A stretch of DNA of 64,000 nt from Escherichia phage vB_EcoS_HdH2, in the sequence record NC_048748.1; one strand, given 5' to 3'. A program made the translations under genes and the position numbers. Positions 40,151 to 50,812 of the stretch are shown piece by piece. The notes below the pieces were generated by a model that saw only the letters and a program-made list of their open reading frames with translations, made no database searches and was not told the origin of the DNA. Positions within the stretch are counted from its first letter, which is position 1. Every line of letters starts with the position of its first letter.

Positions 40151-40570
40151 TTACGCTTTTGAGCTACGAAAAGTGTCTAAATGGAACACTGTCTGGTTGA
40201 TCCAAGAATCAAACGCAGCAGAGTTCTGCATAAGCATTACAGCATTATCACGACTAAAGGGAACTTCAGTAGCAGGATCAGCATCTGTTTCAATCAGCAT
40301 GAGTTTTTCAACGTCACCCACAGTCAAACCAGTCCAACCTTTAATAGCAGCATCAACAAATGCTTCAATGAACTTATCATCATCCTGTACCTGAATCAAA
40401 GTACCATTAACCCACTCGTCACGCTTAGCAGAGGTGATAACTCGTTTAGAAGTAGCACGAGACATATAATTAAGCTCTAGCTTAAAGTTTGGCATACCTG
40501 GGTATGAAAGAGTGACAGTACGAGTATCAAGAGTAATATCTTTTAAGTTAATCATTTTTAATTTCTCCAA
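40151..40570 (-). CDS. putative tail assembly chaperone / tail protein
   Basis: 139 aa; position only. Confidence 0.35.
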   Translation of the reverse strand: MEKLKMINLKDITLDTRTVTLSYPGMPNFKLELNYMSRATSKRVITSAKRDEWVNGTLIQVQDDDKFIEAFVDAAIKGWTGLTVGDVEKLMLIETDADPATEVPFSRDNAVMLMQNSAAFDSWINQTVFHLDTFRSSKA

Positions 40571-41450
40571 AGAAATCTATTCTCACTGGGTCTGAAGAAG
40601 CAGTAGGTATAATATCCCACTCAACTTTATACACATCTGAGAAATCTAGGCGTTTTGTAATACGTGCTAAAGGAAAATCTATAGAAATATTATTATTTCT
40701 TATATTTAAAGGTACATCGGTCTCTGGTTCGATATTGTAAACCATATCTCCAGCAAAACGTTTTAAGTAATATAGAGAAATGGTTGCTGAAGCATTCATT
40801 TCATTTACATAGGCTCTTTTATTATTATAGATTTTATTTATGTCAAAAACACTCTTATCTTCTCTCCAAGAGCATTGCTGTTGAAAAGATAAAGAAGCGG
40901 AAATAAGGCCAGGTAAGATGCTACCGTTAGTAGAAGCTATTACTGGGCTATAAGATATTACTTCACCCTGTATAATAGAAGCTGCTTCTCTATATGTAGA
41001 TACTTCGGAGAATTTCCCTGACTCAATACCAACATTAAGAATTGGTATATTCTTATCTAAAGAAAAATCTACTGTAGATACATAGCAGTTCTCAAAGTAT
41101 ACACAGTTATTATCTTTATTTACTATATAGATATTAAACATAATAGGTTCAATATTGTTACTATATAGTGGTAGTAAGAAAGTATTACCTTTTCTATCAA
41201 AACCTAGCCATTCAAAGAAGTTAGCTTCAGTAAGAGTATTACTAAAATTTATTGCTAATGATATAGAAGAAGGAGTTTGAGCATTTATAATAGAGTCTGC
41301 ATAGTTAGTTCTACGATGAATAGTCCTACGAAGGGTCTTAAATTCTTCGTAGGAGGTTTGTACATCATAGTTTGATAGGGCATCAAAATGAAATGCCCTA
41401 CCATCATACTCAACTATAACTTTTGACTCTCGCATTAGAGAGTAGTACAT
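40548..41450 (-). CDS. tail protein (p140/p141-type position)
   Basis: 300 aa, directly downstream of tail tube gene. Confidence 0.4.
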   Translation of the reverse strand: MYYSLMRESKVIVEYDGRAFHFDALSNYDVQTSYEEFKTLRRTIHRRTNYADSIINAQTPSSISLAINFSNTLTEANFFEWLGFDRKGNTFLLPLYSNNIEPIMFNIYIVNKDNNCVYFENCYVSTVDFSLDKNIPILNVGIESGKFSEVSTYREAASIIQGEVISYSPVIASTNGSILPGLISASLSFQQQCSWREDKSVFDINKIYNNKRAYVNEMNASATISLYYLKRFAGDMVYNIEPETDVPLNIRNNNISIDFPLARITKRLDFSDVYKVEWDIIPTASSDPVRIDFFGEIKND

Positions 41451-41454
41451 TTAT

Positions 41455-42861
41455 TTAACCACCAGCACTAACTGTGATAGTTTTAGTACCTTCTACACCA
41501 GAACCATCTTTAGCTACAGCCTTCACAGTAACTGCACCAGTTCTAGAAGCATCGGCTGTTAATAGTCCAGATTCTGCATCAATCGTAGCTGCATTACCAC
41601 TAGAAATAGACCAAGTTACAGCCTTATTAGTAGCTTCTGGAGGTGTTACCTCAACAGACATCTGTAAAGTATTACTATTTGTTACAGAAACAGCCTCACC
41701 TGCCGATTTAACTGTAATGGATTTAACGGGAACTGGAGGAGTTTTAGCACCATCCCCCGTAGCAATCAGATTAGCCACAGTAGTTTTTGTATACTTGTTA
41801 GAAAATCCAAGATAACCTTCGTCACCAGTATCCAAATCTGTAGGAATAGCTTTAAACTCTACTGAAGTACCAAGTACATCATCAGTCTCAATAGTAGGGA
41901 TGTTAACGTGCGCCTGTTTAGCAACTAACACAGCTGCCGGTCGCTCATCATCGTATTCACCACCCAAAATAAGTGCAATTTCAAAACGGTTAACTACCTT
42001 AAGGGTTTTGACAAGATCTTTGTACAGTTCCATGGAACCAAGAGACTTATCATTAAGGTATGCTGTCAAAGAACCTGTTAACTCAAACGCACCAGTAAAT
42101 GAACCGATAGGAATATTTACACGTGACATAATATTCGGGGTTAGGTACGTGATGTTGTTATTAATGGTAAAAGTACCACCAGTAATAGGAATATCATATG
42201 CCTTATCAGAATCCATATCCTTAATTTTTAGGATAGTTAACTTGTTCTTAATGTAAGAACTCTGAATAGTCATATAGGTTTCATCATCAATACCTAATGC
42301 ATCTGGATCAAATGGTTGGCTATCTAACGGGATGAGCTGATTACCATTACCAGACCAGGTTACACGACCAATATCCTCAATATCAACGTTAACTTCTGCC
42401 TGGTTGATCTGGCAAGAGTCAATGTAACTCCACGCATTGTCAGTCAGAATGTAGATATGCAGCATAGCTAACTCATGGTAAGAATTATCTTTGAAGTTAA
42501 CCATGAAGTTAGTAGCATTATTATGTGCTCCAGTATCTCCGTCAAGATTAATAGCTTTACCACTAGAAAGTGCATGCCATAACATATAGTCAGGAACAAT
42601 TTGTTTGCTAGTAGTTTTATCCTTGTATGGCAGGATATATGTGGAGAAGCTCCACTCAGCCGCGTTCAAGGAATCGTTAAAACGTTTAGAACCACGAGTA
42701 GGACGCGGACCAGCTTCGTTAACAGTAATATCTGTTGAGTTACTGTCCTGACCCCAAGAAATATCATCCTGAACTAGAATCTCTTGCGTGTTGGTCTTAT
42801 CGTGACCAGTCTTAACCGTAGACACGAAGATTCGAGTATTACGTAATAGTTGTAAAGACAT
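41455..42861 (-). CDS. major tail tube protein (T5 pb6-like) with C-terminal Ig-like domain
   Basis: 468 aa; C-terminal Big_2-like segment ITVKSAGEAVSVTNSNTLQMSVEVTPPEATNKAVTWSISS...VTVKAVAKDGSG. Confidence 0.8.
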   Translation of the reverse strand: MSLQLLRNTRIFVSTVKTGHDKTNTQEILVQDDISWGQDSNSTDITVNEAGPRPTRGSKRFNDSLNAAEWSFSTYILPYKDKTTSKQIVPDYMLWHALSSGKAINLDGDTGAHNNATNFMVNFKDNSYHELAMLHIYILTDNAWSYIDSCQINQAEVNVDIEDIGRVTWSGNGNQLIPLDSQPFDPDALGIDDETYMTIQSSYIKNKLTILKIKDMDSDKAYDIPITGGTFTINNNITYLTPNIMSRVNIPIGSFTGAFELTGSLTAYLNDKSLGSMELYKDLVKTLKVVNRFEIALILGGEYDDERPAAVLVAKQAHVNIPTIETDDVLGTSVEFKAIPTDLDTGDEGYLGFSNKYTKTTVANLIATGDGAKTPPVPVKSITVKSAGEAVSVTNSNTLQMSVEVTPPEATNKAVTWSISSGNAATIDAESGLLTADASRTGAVTVKAVAKDGSGVEGTKTITVSAGG

Positions 42862-42887
42862 TTAATTATTTTCTCCTAATCTGTAAC

Positions 42888-43373
42888 TTATCTGCGAAGT
42901 GACCTACGTGGAGGCTGATACCTCACTGTTACATTTATTTCTGCTAAACCATATGGGGCCAGTAGACCCTCATCTGTACTAACTGATGTAATGCTCATAT
43001 CAGTCGCCTCACATGGGAAGGTCGATCCATTAGGTTTACTAACAGTATATTCTAAATTTCCACCTGTGTCAATAACGGTTTTTATATCCGCTACGAGTTT
43101 TTCAAGTTGCTCTTGAATGTCTGTTTTCTCTTTATCATACACCAGGATAGGAAGTTCTAAAAACATCCACTGTTGACCTGAGGGAAGATACTGCCCAGTT
43201 TCAGTTCCGATATGAACTGCAACATAAGGAAACTCTCGTATCTCCTCAAACTTATAAGTTTGACGTGAGACGTTTCCATACAAGTTATTAAAATATTCAT
43301 CTGGTTGAGAGCCATCCATTTGTTTGGCTATTCGGTCAACCAGAGCTTGTGCTATACTTGTTCTGTGATCCAT
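42888..43373 (-). CDS. head-tail joining / tail completion protein (by position)
   Basis: 161 aa between capsid and tail tube genes. Confidence 0.35.
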   Translation of the reverse strand: MDHRTSIAQALVDRIAKQMDGSQPDEYFNNLYGNVSRQTYKFEEIREFPYVAVHIGTETGQYLPSGQQWMFLELPILVYDKEKTDIQEQLEKLVADIKTVIDTGGNLEYTVSKPNGSTFPCEATDMSITSVSTDEGLLAPYGLAEINVTVRYQPPRRSLRR

Positions 43374-43376
43374 TTA

Positions 43377-44144
43377 TTAGGTTCCTTGATTAACCTTAAT
43401 TTTGTACCTGGAGTGAATTAAGTCTCTTGCAGCTTTAGCTATCGCCTCTCCAATTAGTCTTTGGGGGTTTCTAGCACCTGGGTAGGGTCGTAATGACAAT
43501 CTTCGATATGTAGATACTGCAGGATTAAATACTGAATATGGACGTACCATATAATTATATGTAACATTTAATTCAGGAGCACCTTTGCTAGTTCCAGCAT
43601 CTCTAAGCATAACATCTTTAACTTTTAGAGAATTTGCAAAACGACCTGTTCTAAATTTAAGGGGAGCTCCTGCTTTTTTCATATCCTTTATTAAGTATTC
43701 TTTAGCAACCAACTCCAGAATAACCTTCATATTACTATTTGATACAAAACGACCAGAAGCACCTGTTACTGCACCAGAATATCCATCTTCTACGTCTCTA
43801 GGATCCCCAAAGTTTACTTGAACTCTACCAGTAGAACGTTTTTTACCTATAGAGGATTTTTTACCGGCGGTTGCTTGAATAAGACTTTCTAAAGCCCCTA
43901 AGTCTCCTGTTAGATCTAAGCTAGAAGAAACTGCTTTTAGAATAGAAGCGGTCCTAACATTAAGGAGATCTTGGGATACAGGTTTTGAGAACTTAAAAGA
44001 TACCTGAGCAACAGTACCATCCCTAGTAGGATCTTTTAGTCCTGTTTCAACAGAATATACAACAGTATTCTTATTGTTCTCGGAACGCCCAACATTATCT
44101 AGCTGCTCCTTAATAATTTGTGTAGCTAAATCAGAAAGAGACAT
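43377..44144 (-). CDS. head-tail joining protein (by position)
   Basis: 255 aa; position only. Confidence 0.35.
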   Translation of the reverse strand: MSLSDLATQIIKEQLDNVGRSENNKNTVVYSVETGLKDPTRDGTVAQVSFKFSKPVSQDLLNVRTASILKAVSSSLDLTGDLGALESLIQATAGKKSSIGKKRSTGRVQVNFGDPRDVEDGYSGAVTGASGRFVSNSNMKVILELVAKEYLIKDMKKAGAPLKFRTGRFANSLKVKDVMLRDAGTSKGAPELNVTYNYMVRPYSVFNPAVSTYRRLSLRPYPGARNPQRLIGEAIAKAARDLIHSRYKIKVNQGT

Positions 44145-44656
44145 TATACTCTCCTGTAAACTTCAATAATAGTACGAATATGTTCTGGAATACCAGACTT
44201 AGTATTATTAAAAGTAACTGTTTCTCCACCAATTGTTTTAGCTTGACGGTAATCCTGTTTATGCCAATGATCTACTAGCATACATGCTGCAAGTTTGAGA
44301 TCTTCAGGAATTGGGTTAAATCCACCTTGTGTGTACTCTACATCCATATAACCTTCTGGAGGACTAAATTTAAGAAGTATAACCCCATCAGAATACAACT
44401 TATACTGTTCAGGATCTATCTCCTTGTCGTTAATAGTCATTTTGGTTACTGAAGTAGCCGAGGGAGAACTTAAGAAGTATTTTTTACGAGTAGGTTTTGT
44501 ATTGATTAACTGGTCTACCGCATCAGCATCATCCATACCCAGGAGGCTGGTAATCAGCGCGTTGGCAGCAGTAATCATCATTTCTACACCAGATTCTAGT
44601 TCAGGTCGTTTTAACCCGCCGTATAATCTATAGTCTTCAGCTGTGATTATTTGCAT
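44144..44656 (-). CDS. head completion protein (by position)
   Basis: 170 aa; first gene after the post-capsid terminator. Confidence 0.35.
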   Translation of the reverse strand: MQIITAEDYRLYGGLKRPELESGVEMMITAANALITSLLGMDDADAVDQLINTKPTRKKYFLSSPSATSVTKMTINDKEIDPEQYKLYSDGVILLKFSPPEGYMDVEYTQGGFNPIPEDLKLAACMLVDHWHKQDYRQAKTIGGETVTFNNTKSGIPEHIRTIIEVYRRV

Positions 44657-44670
44657 TTATTTTTCCCAAT

Positions 44671-44696
44671 AAAAAAGGAGAGCCGAAGCTCTCCTT
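44671..44696 (-). terminator. intrinsic terminator after major capsid gene
   Basis: Minus-strand ggagagc-ttcg-gctctcc followed by tttttt. Confidence 0.7.
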
Positions 44697-44715
44697 ATCG
44701 GCTGAAAAGCCTGTA

Positions 44716-46092
44716 TTAAGCGGTAGCGTAAGCACCGGATACAACACCATTACTAAAGTAACGTTGCAGGTTAACACGCTGAGTAACGTAGTATGCATCA
44801 CGCTGTTTACCAGCTTGGCGCTCACGTTCAACAGTAACAGCACGCTGACGTGGCATTACGAAGTTATCTTTATAAACAATAACTGCGAACTCTTTCTCAG
44901 CCGCTTTAGCTGGGAAGTACTCAGAAACCACAACCGGCAGACCATAAATACGACCAACCTGACCTTGCAGTTTAACAGCATCGTTACCAACCTGTGCAAC
45001 ATCCTGCCATTCTTCATCTTCCAGAAGATCATAATAAGCATCCATAGATACGATAAGTACCAGTTTGCTCAGTTTCAGACCATGACGGCCCAGTTTACGA
45101 CGCAGTTTAGAGATAGTTTTAGCAGTTACCAGAACAGAACCATCAGCTTTAGCTTCAGTAGTAACTTTAGCACCATCATCTTCAGCCAGTTTCAACAGAC
45201 CTTTCGGCTTACCAGTACCATCACCAGTCATAAAAGCTTCTTCGATAGAAACAGCGTGTGCTTCAATCAGACGCTTACGCAGCAGCGGCAGCAGGGAGAA
45301 GATTGCATCTTCTTCAGTTTCATCAGTAATGAAGGACTTAGCAGCCAGTTTGTAGGTTTTAAAACTAATTTCAGTTAATGTACCTTTAACTTCGTTACCA
45401 ACAGTAGCATCAGTACCGTAGGAACCAGCATCTACCCAAGTAGCTTTTCCAGCTTCAGGCTCAACCAGCATAGTAAGAATTTTGCTGGACATTGGCAGTT
45501 CATCGAACAGTGCACCAACTACTAACTCTTTCTGCAGGTCACGAAGGATACGGGTAGAGAAAATAGTTTCGTAGTTTTCACTGGAAACCTGTACAGAGGA
45601 AGAAGTATTAACAGCTTTAACGTGGGCTTTACCATGTTCAGTTTCAAATACGTCCTTCTCCATCATATAAGACAGGAGAACTAGTTTTTCAACTTCATCT
45701 TCAAAAGCTTCCTGAGTACCATACAGTGCTTTAGCTACACTATCACCGACGAAGGAACGACCTTCACGAGCTGCTAGCAGAGATTTAATTTCATCCTGAA
45801 GACCAACAATGGTTTCCTGCTGCTTTTCTACAGTCTGTGCGAACAGTTCTGCGCTCTTTTTAGATTTTTCATCCAGGGACTTAACCAGTTCCAGAGCTTG
45901 TTCCAGTTTCTGACGATCTTCGCCAACTGCTTTAGAAACCAGGTCATTCATACGAGCCAGTTCTTTTTCTTCCTGCTCTTTACGCATACGTTCAGCTTCC
46001 TGAGCTTTCTGAGCAGCGGTCAGACCTTCCAGAGATTTAGCCAGATCACCCAGACCAAGTTCTTCTTTCAGCTTATTAATATCAATAGTCAT
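44716..46092 (-). CDS. major capsid protein precursor (T5 pb8-like, HK97 fold)
   Basis: 458 aa; host-optimal codon usage; N-terminal coiled-coil scaffold-like region. Confidence 0.9.
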   Translation of the reverse strand: MTIDINKLKEELGLGDLAKSLEGLTAAQKAQEAERMRKEQEEKELARMNDLVSKAVGEDRQKLEQALELVKSLDEKSKKSAELFAQTVEKQQETIVGLQDEIKSLLAAREGRSFVGDSVAKALYGTQEAFEDEVEKLVLLSYMMEKDVFETEHGKAHVKAVNTSSSVQVSSENYETIFSTRILRDLQKELVVGALFDELPMSSKILTMLVEPEAGKATWVDAGSYGTDATVGNEVKGTLTEISFKTYKLAAKSFITDETEEDAIFSLLPLLRKRLIEAHAVSIEEAFMTGDGTGKPKGLLKLAEDDGAKVTTEAKADGSVLVTAKTISKLRRKLGRHGLKLSKLVLIVSMDAYYDLLEDEEWQDVAQVGNDAVKLQGQVGRIYGLPVVVSEYFPAKAAEKEFAVIVYKDNFVMPRQRAVTVERERQAGKQRDAYYVTQRVNLQRYFSNGVVSGAYATA

Positions 46093-46109
46093 TTTTAAAT
46101 AATTCTCCG

Positions 46110-46742
46110 TTATTCTTTAACGTAGCCTAAAGCTATCGCAAGTTTTTCTAGTTCAGAAAGATTACGTTCTTGAGCTGGGACAGCTTTAGAACTTATTGCA
46201 GTAAAAGATTTACGCCATTCAGTATAATCGTGACCATTCATGCTCTTAGCGAGATTGAACGTTGAGTCCTGATTACAAGGTACAGAAACTACCGAAACTT
46301 CGTATAGTTCTAAATCTTTAATAATAAATATATCAGTAGCTTCATCCCACTCTGCATCTAGGCAGCGGAATCCGATACTAAAAGTTTTCAGTACACCGTT
46401 TTTAATTAGTGAAAAGATAGCCGGATCAGAACTTTCATAGATCTCGCATTCGATTTCGAGACCCATTTCAGTAGGGTTAAGATCAATACACTTGCCGATT
46501 GGACGACGATGATCGTGTCCGAAAAGAATAATCGGGTTTTTCATGTAGTTAGCAAGTGCATTAGATGTTTTCCATGCCGAAGCAGGAATTACATCACCAG
46601 CACGATCTTTACTAATTGTATTAGCAAATCCACGGATTTTTACAACACCCTCTTTGGATTCGCTATCAATAGATTTAATATAAGCATCTAAATGAACGGG
46701 TGCTGATTTTAACTTGTTATAGTCAATAGCAGCTTGTGTCAT
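46110..46742 (-). CDS. prohead maturation protease (T5 pb11-like)
   Basis: 210 aa, between decoration/portal and capsid genes. Confidence 0.7.
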   Translation of the reverse strand: MTQAAIDYNKLKSAPVHLDAYIKSIDSESKEGVVKIRGFANTISKDRAGDVIPASAWKTSNALANYMKNPIILFGHDHRRPIGKCIDLNPTEMGLEIECEIYESSDPAIFSLIKNGVLKTFSIGFRCLDAEWDEATDIFIIKDLELYEVSVVSVPCNQDSTFNLAKSMNGHDYTEWRKSFTAISSKAVPAQERNLSELEKLAIALGYVKE

Positions 46743-46745
46743 TTA

Positions 46746-47237
46746 TTAGCCTCCAACCCCAGGGTTAACTGTCACAGTACACGCAGTAGAATCCTTACTT
46801 ACTCGCTTACTATCTGTTACAGTTACTTTATAAGAGCCAGCATCCTCAGCTGCTGCTATAGGCTTAGTATAGGTAGCCCCTGAAGCACCAGGAATAGCAG
46901 AACCATCTTTAGTCCATGCATAAGTATATGGACCAGTACCACCAGTTGCAGTAACAGAAAGAGTTAACGTTGCTCCAGTATCAACTGACATGCTCGCAGT
47001 TAAATCTTTAGAAAGAGTTAATGGTGGGGCCGGTGGAGCAGGAGGAACTGCTTTACCATAAGCCTCTACAAATTTCTTCCATACTTTACGGTTAGTATGC
47101 GCAGATGAAAGCCCTAGTTCTCTACGCAGAAAAGCATAGCTAGGAACATATTTATGCGCAGCAACCGTAGCAAAGAAGATATGAGATTCTGGCAGTTTTT
47201 CACCAAAAATGGTCTTTAGACCACTATAATCAATCAT
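46746..47237 (-). CDS. head decoration protein (T5 pb10-like), capsid-binding domain plus Ig-like domain
   Basis: 163 aa; Pro-rich linker PPAPPAPP; Ig-like ATLTLSVTATGGTGPYTYAWTKDGSAIPGASGATYT...AGSYKVTVTD. Confidence 0.7.
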   Translation of the reverse strand: MIDYSGLKTIFGEKLPESHIFFATVAAHKYVPSYAFLRRELGLSSAHTNRKVWKKFVEAYGKAVPPAPPAPPLTLSKDLTASMSVDTGATLTLSVTATGGTGPYTYAWTKDGSAIPGASGATYTKPIAAAEDAGSYKVTVTDSKRVSKDSTACTVTVNPGVGG

Positions 47238-48451
47238 TCTTTATCTCCCTCGGTGGAACCTTGAGGTCTACCACCTTCTTGACCAGATACACCTGTTGCA
47301 GAACCAGCAACGTTAGCAGGAATACGAATCCTATCCATCTGCTCATCATCTAAAGGTTCAAGGTTCAGCTCTAAACGAGCTTCGTTACCAGTCATAATAC
47401 CATTATTAACCAATGAGGTTAAATGTTTAGCCTCAGCTTCTTTATCTGGTGTTAATGCAGCTACTTCCTTAGTATTAGGAGTAATCTTATAACCAAAAAA
47501 GAAAGTAAGAGAACTAGTCAGTTTGTTCAGCATAGGAATGATAGTCATATAATAGAACAGTTCGATGTTTGGTCGAATATTCGCATTATTACCACCATCA
47601 AGCAGTACTTGCGGAACTCCAAAGGCTAGACAAATAGATTTATTAAACCCTTCGATGTCTTCCTTAAAGTCTAGATCTTTAAAAGAGGATATTTGGGAGT
47701 ACGGTTTAGCTTTCATACCACCATCTAGAATCAGGACAGAAGACTGACCCGTACTAGGATTATAATCGAGTTGTAATTCTTCTTGTTTACGCTCACGCAA
47801 TTTCTTGTTCAGGATTTCATCCGTTTCAAGAATAAGACCAATCACGGTTCCGTTATCGAGGAACTTCTCTTTAAAGTTAAGCATCTTAGAACGCTTCTCA
47901 AGAGAATCAATAACAGTAGCAACACGAGATTGTCCAGAAATTTGAGAATTTGTGCCACACACGTAACTGTTATCCTTTATAAAGATAATCTCATCTACGC
48001 GATAGTCTATCTGATTATTAAATATAAATTTTTTGATAAACTTATTGGCATCTGCCTCGACCTGCATAAGAGCAGCCGGGACGTGGTAAAGCGATGTGCC
48101 ATCCCAATAGATGTATGCACAGCCTTCAAAAAGTAGGTCAGTGACTACAAGTCTACGGAATGTGCTTATATCCATGAATGGATTAGGTCGTACATTTAAG
48201 AGAGTGTCTAGAGTCTTTGTTTTGACGCCATTAGCGTACGTAACAATATTATATTTATCTCCGACAGTATAAGAACACTCCGCCGCACTATCTATAACCA
48301 TATTGGCAGTTCGATTGAGAATCTCAATCTTGCTATAGGCTTGTCCAGTGGTAAAAGGCTTACGGTTAGTGCGATGACTAACTGGTTCCATGTCTCTTAT
48401 AATACGTTGACCCGGATTTAACTTTTCAGTAATCCAGCTTTTTAAACCCAT
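47234..48451 (-). CDS. portal protein (T5 pb7-like)
   Basis: 405 aa; position between terminase and protease. Confidence 0.8.
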   Translation of the reverse strand: MGLKSWITEKLNPGQRIIRDMEPVSHRTNRKPFTTGQAYSKIEILNRTANMVIDSAAECSYTVGDKYNIVTYANGVKTKTLDTLLNVRPNPFMDISTFRRLVVTDLLFEGCAYIYWDGTSLYHVPAALMQVEADANKFIKKFIFNNQIDYRVDEIIFIKDNSYVCGTNSQISGQSRVATVIDSLEKRSKMLNFKEKFLDNGTVIGLILETDEILNKKLRERKQEELQLDYNPSTGQSSVLILDGGMKAKPYSQISSFKDLDFKEDIEGFNKSICLAFGVPQVLLDGGNNANIRPNIELFYYMTIIPMLNKLTSSLTFFFGYKITPNTKEVAALTPDKEAEAKHLTSLVNNGIMTGNEARLELNLEPLDDEQMDRIRIPANVAGSATGVSGQEGGRPQGSTEGDKE

Positions 48452-48975
48452 TATAAGAACCTTGCGAATCCTGATTTTATTTCAGTCTTGACTTGTGTCT
48501 TTTCTTGAGGATTCTGTAATTTGTCTTTCTGCTTTTGAACCCATGCTTTCTGTTTATTAGCAGAAAATAATGGAGGTTCTTTCGTGTAAACCTTATGTAA
48601 TAGTTGGTGATGGTGTACACAAAGGGTAACAGTGTCTTCTACTAGCTCATGCCTATATCGATCATAGAATGCCGTCCTATTTGAAAGGACTATTTCTTCG
48701 TCAGTGAAATCCAATTGGAGTTCTTTAGCAAATTTTTTAACTAGTAGAGACACCGTATGGTAATGATGAAGCTCTAATTCTTCAGCACAACCGCAGATAG
48801 CACATTGAGAGTCTTTTTTATATTGACTTTTTATTCCGTCTCTCATAAGGGATATAGCATCGCGTTTATATTTTATATTGCTTGCCATAGTGTTCTCCTC
48901 AACTGTATGAATATAGTATACATAATCGTATCGAATTTGTAAAGGGGATTTTAAAATACAGGAATGGGATACCAA
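48451..48975 (-). CDS. HNH endonuclease (zinc-binding)
   Basis: CAICGCAEELELHHYH...CVHHHQLLH; between terminase large subunit and portal genes. Confidence 0.6.
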   Translation of the reverse strand: MVSHSCILKSPLQIRYDYVYYIHTVEENTMASNIKYKRDAISLMRDGIKSQYKKDSQCAICGCAEELELHHYHTVSLLVKKFAKELQLDFTDEEIVLSNRTAFYDRYRHELVEDTVTLCVHHHQLLHKVYTKEPPLFSANKQKAWVQKQKDKLQNPQEKTQVKTEIKSGFARFL

Positions 48976-49003
48976 CTCAGTTGGTATCCCATCCTATATT
49001 TAT

Positions 49004-50320
49004 TTATTTACCACGGGAAATAGAATAAATTCCATAGCGGAGCGCATCACAAAGGTGAGAGTTAGCATCATGACGTGGTTTTTCACGTGATAATTTCTCT
49101 TCGCCTTCTTGGAAGTCCCACTTATAGTTCTGCAATGCATGAATTAAGGAGGAACATGAGGCATCCACAATAATTTTCCCTTGCTGAAATAACGCTTGCA
49201 AACATGCTAGGCCATCTAGGACAGATTTTTTAGCTGGAGCTGATGCAATTTCGTGCTCATAAGCTAAGTCCTGGCGGAACTGAGCGGCGGCAGAGTCAAC
49301 AAAAATACGATCAACTTTATAACGATTTATACAATGCTGAATATAAGCAGCATGCTGGGCTGTAGTTTTTTCCGCCTGCTGGTACTCTTCTAATACATAG
49401 TAAGTATCCGTATCGTAATGATATTTAATAGTAAGAACTGCTGTAGGATCACGATAACCAACGTCAATACCAAGCAATGTTTCGAATGCTTCATCATCTT
49501 TAAAGAAGTGACGCATACCTTTGAGGTCTTTAACATGATCGATAGCATTAAAGGTATCGAAGATCTGACCTTCGAATACAGAGAAGTCAGCCTCGTATTC
49601 TTGGCGGAAGTAGTTTTTACTAACAGTACGACGTGCTTCCTCAATATCATTCAGGTCAGCACGTGGATTATCACGATATGTACCATGAATAGATACCCAG
49701 TTAGGTAATGTATCATCAAATCCATAGGCATAAAACTCTTTAAACCAGTTACCACCACGAGGAGTAGAGATAAATAGAGCCTTAGAATTAGGCTTATCTA
49801 GAGTAGGACGCAGCTGAACTCTAAAGGCATCACCACCTACATCGGAAATTGCCGCCTCGTCAAAAATGATAAAGTCATATGAACGTCCAACTGCGGAGTC
49901 AGCCTGAGCAGCGGAAGCTAGTTTAAACAGAGAACCATTAGCTAACTCAATTTCCTTATCTTTAGCGTTCTCACGTTCAGTTTGTAGGCCATATTTTTTA
50001 ATAAGACCACGAATCTGAGACCATCCGATGTTGGCCAGTGAATAGTTAGGAGCAACTACTAACACCTTCACATTAGGTTCCAGCAATTTTAGGAACCCAA
50101 GAGTATATGCGATGAAGGATTTACCTACACGGCGTGATACACACGCCGTTACAAAACGATGTCTAGGGTCCTCTAGAGCATTAATAATCGCTATTTGAGG
50201 ACCATTAGGTGTAATACCTTCTTGTGCTAGTATTCCCGAAACAGGTAGACGAAAGAAACGTTTATCTATTCCGAAATCAATAACATCTACTGTATTAACG
50301 TAAGGTCTTGATACTTCCAT
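49004..50320 (-). CDS. terminase large subunit
   Basis: 438 aa; Walker A CVSRRVGKSF, Walker B YDFIIFDEAA. Confidence 0.9.
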   Translation of the reverse strand: MEVSRPYVNTVDVIDFGIDKRFFRLPVSGILAQEGITPNGPQIAIINALEDPRHRFVTACVSRRVGKSFIAYTLGFLKLLEPNVKVLVVAPNYSLANIGWSQIRGLIKKYGLQTERENAKDKEIELANGSLFKLASAAQADSAVGRSYDFIIFDEAAISDVGGDAFRVQLRPTLDKPNSKALFISTPRGGNWFKEFYAYGFDDTLPNWVSIHGTYRDNPRADLNDIEEARRTVSKNYFRQEYEADFSVFEGQIFDTFNAIDHVKDLKGMRHFFKDDEAFETLLGIDVGYRDPTAVLTIKYHYDTDTYYVLEEYQQAEKTTAQHAAYIQHCINRYKVDRIFVDSAAAQFRQDLAYEHEIASAPAKKSVLDGLACLQALFQQGKIIVDASCSSLIHALQNYKWDFQEGEEKLSREKPRHDANSHLCDALRYGIYSISRGK

Positions 50321-50802
50321 TACTTCTTACCTCCAGTAGCTAGGGAAGTAATTAAGTCCATGTAGTTTTGATCCCCAGCTCCAGCAATAATATTATTCTG
50401 GATGTTGGTCTGATTGGCTGGAGTACGGGCTGCTGCCTTCACTTTCTCCAGTTCTACCATCATTTTCATTTCTTCCATCTTCATCTTGTGTGCCTTCCAG
50501 AGAATGTCCATAATATCCTGGTCAGAACCCATGCCGGTTTCTTCTAGTTCCTCCAGCTTACGCTTGATAACTTCATCCAGAACACCAAATAAACGATCCC
50601 TATTACGGAAACCACTCTCCATAAAAATATCGTTTAAGTAGTTTTTAACTTCACTACGATTCATAATATCTCGGAAAGCAATTTCAGACATTCCAAGACT
50701 ACGTGCCGCAGAAGGCACATCGCTACCACACTGTAAATAAGCTTCAATCACATCCATCCCTTCAGGGGACATAAGATCTGGTACTAATACATCATTTGCC
50801 AT
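50320..50802 (-). CDS. terminase small subunit (by position)
   Basis: 160 aa immediately upstream of large subunit; AGGAGG SD. Confidence 0.5.
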
Positions 50803-50812
50803 ATTTCCTCCT

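Noticed and set aside
44764-45378. 204-aa plus-strand ORF
   Set aside because: Antisense to the major capsid gene.
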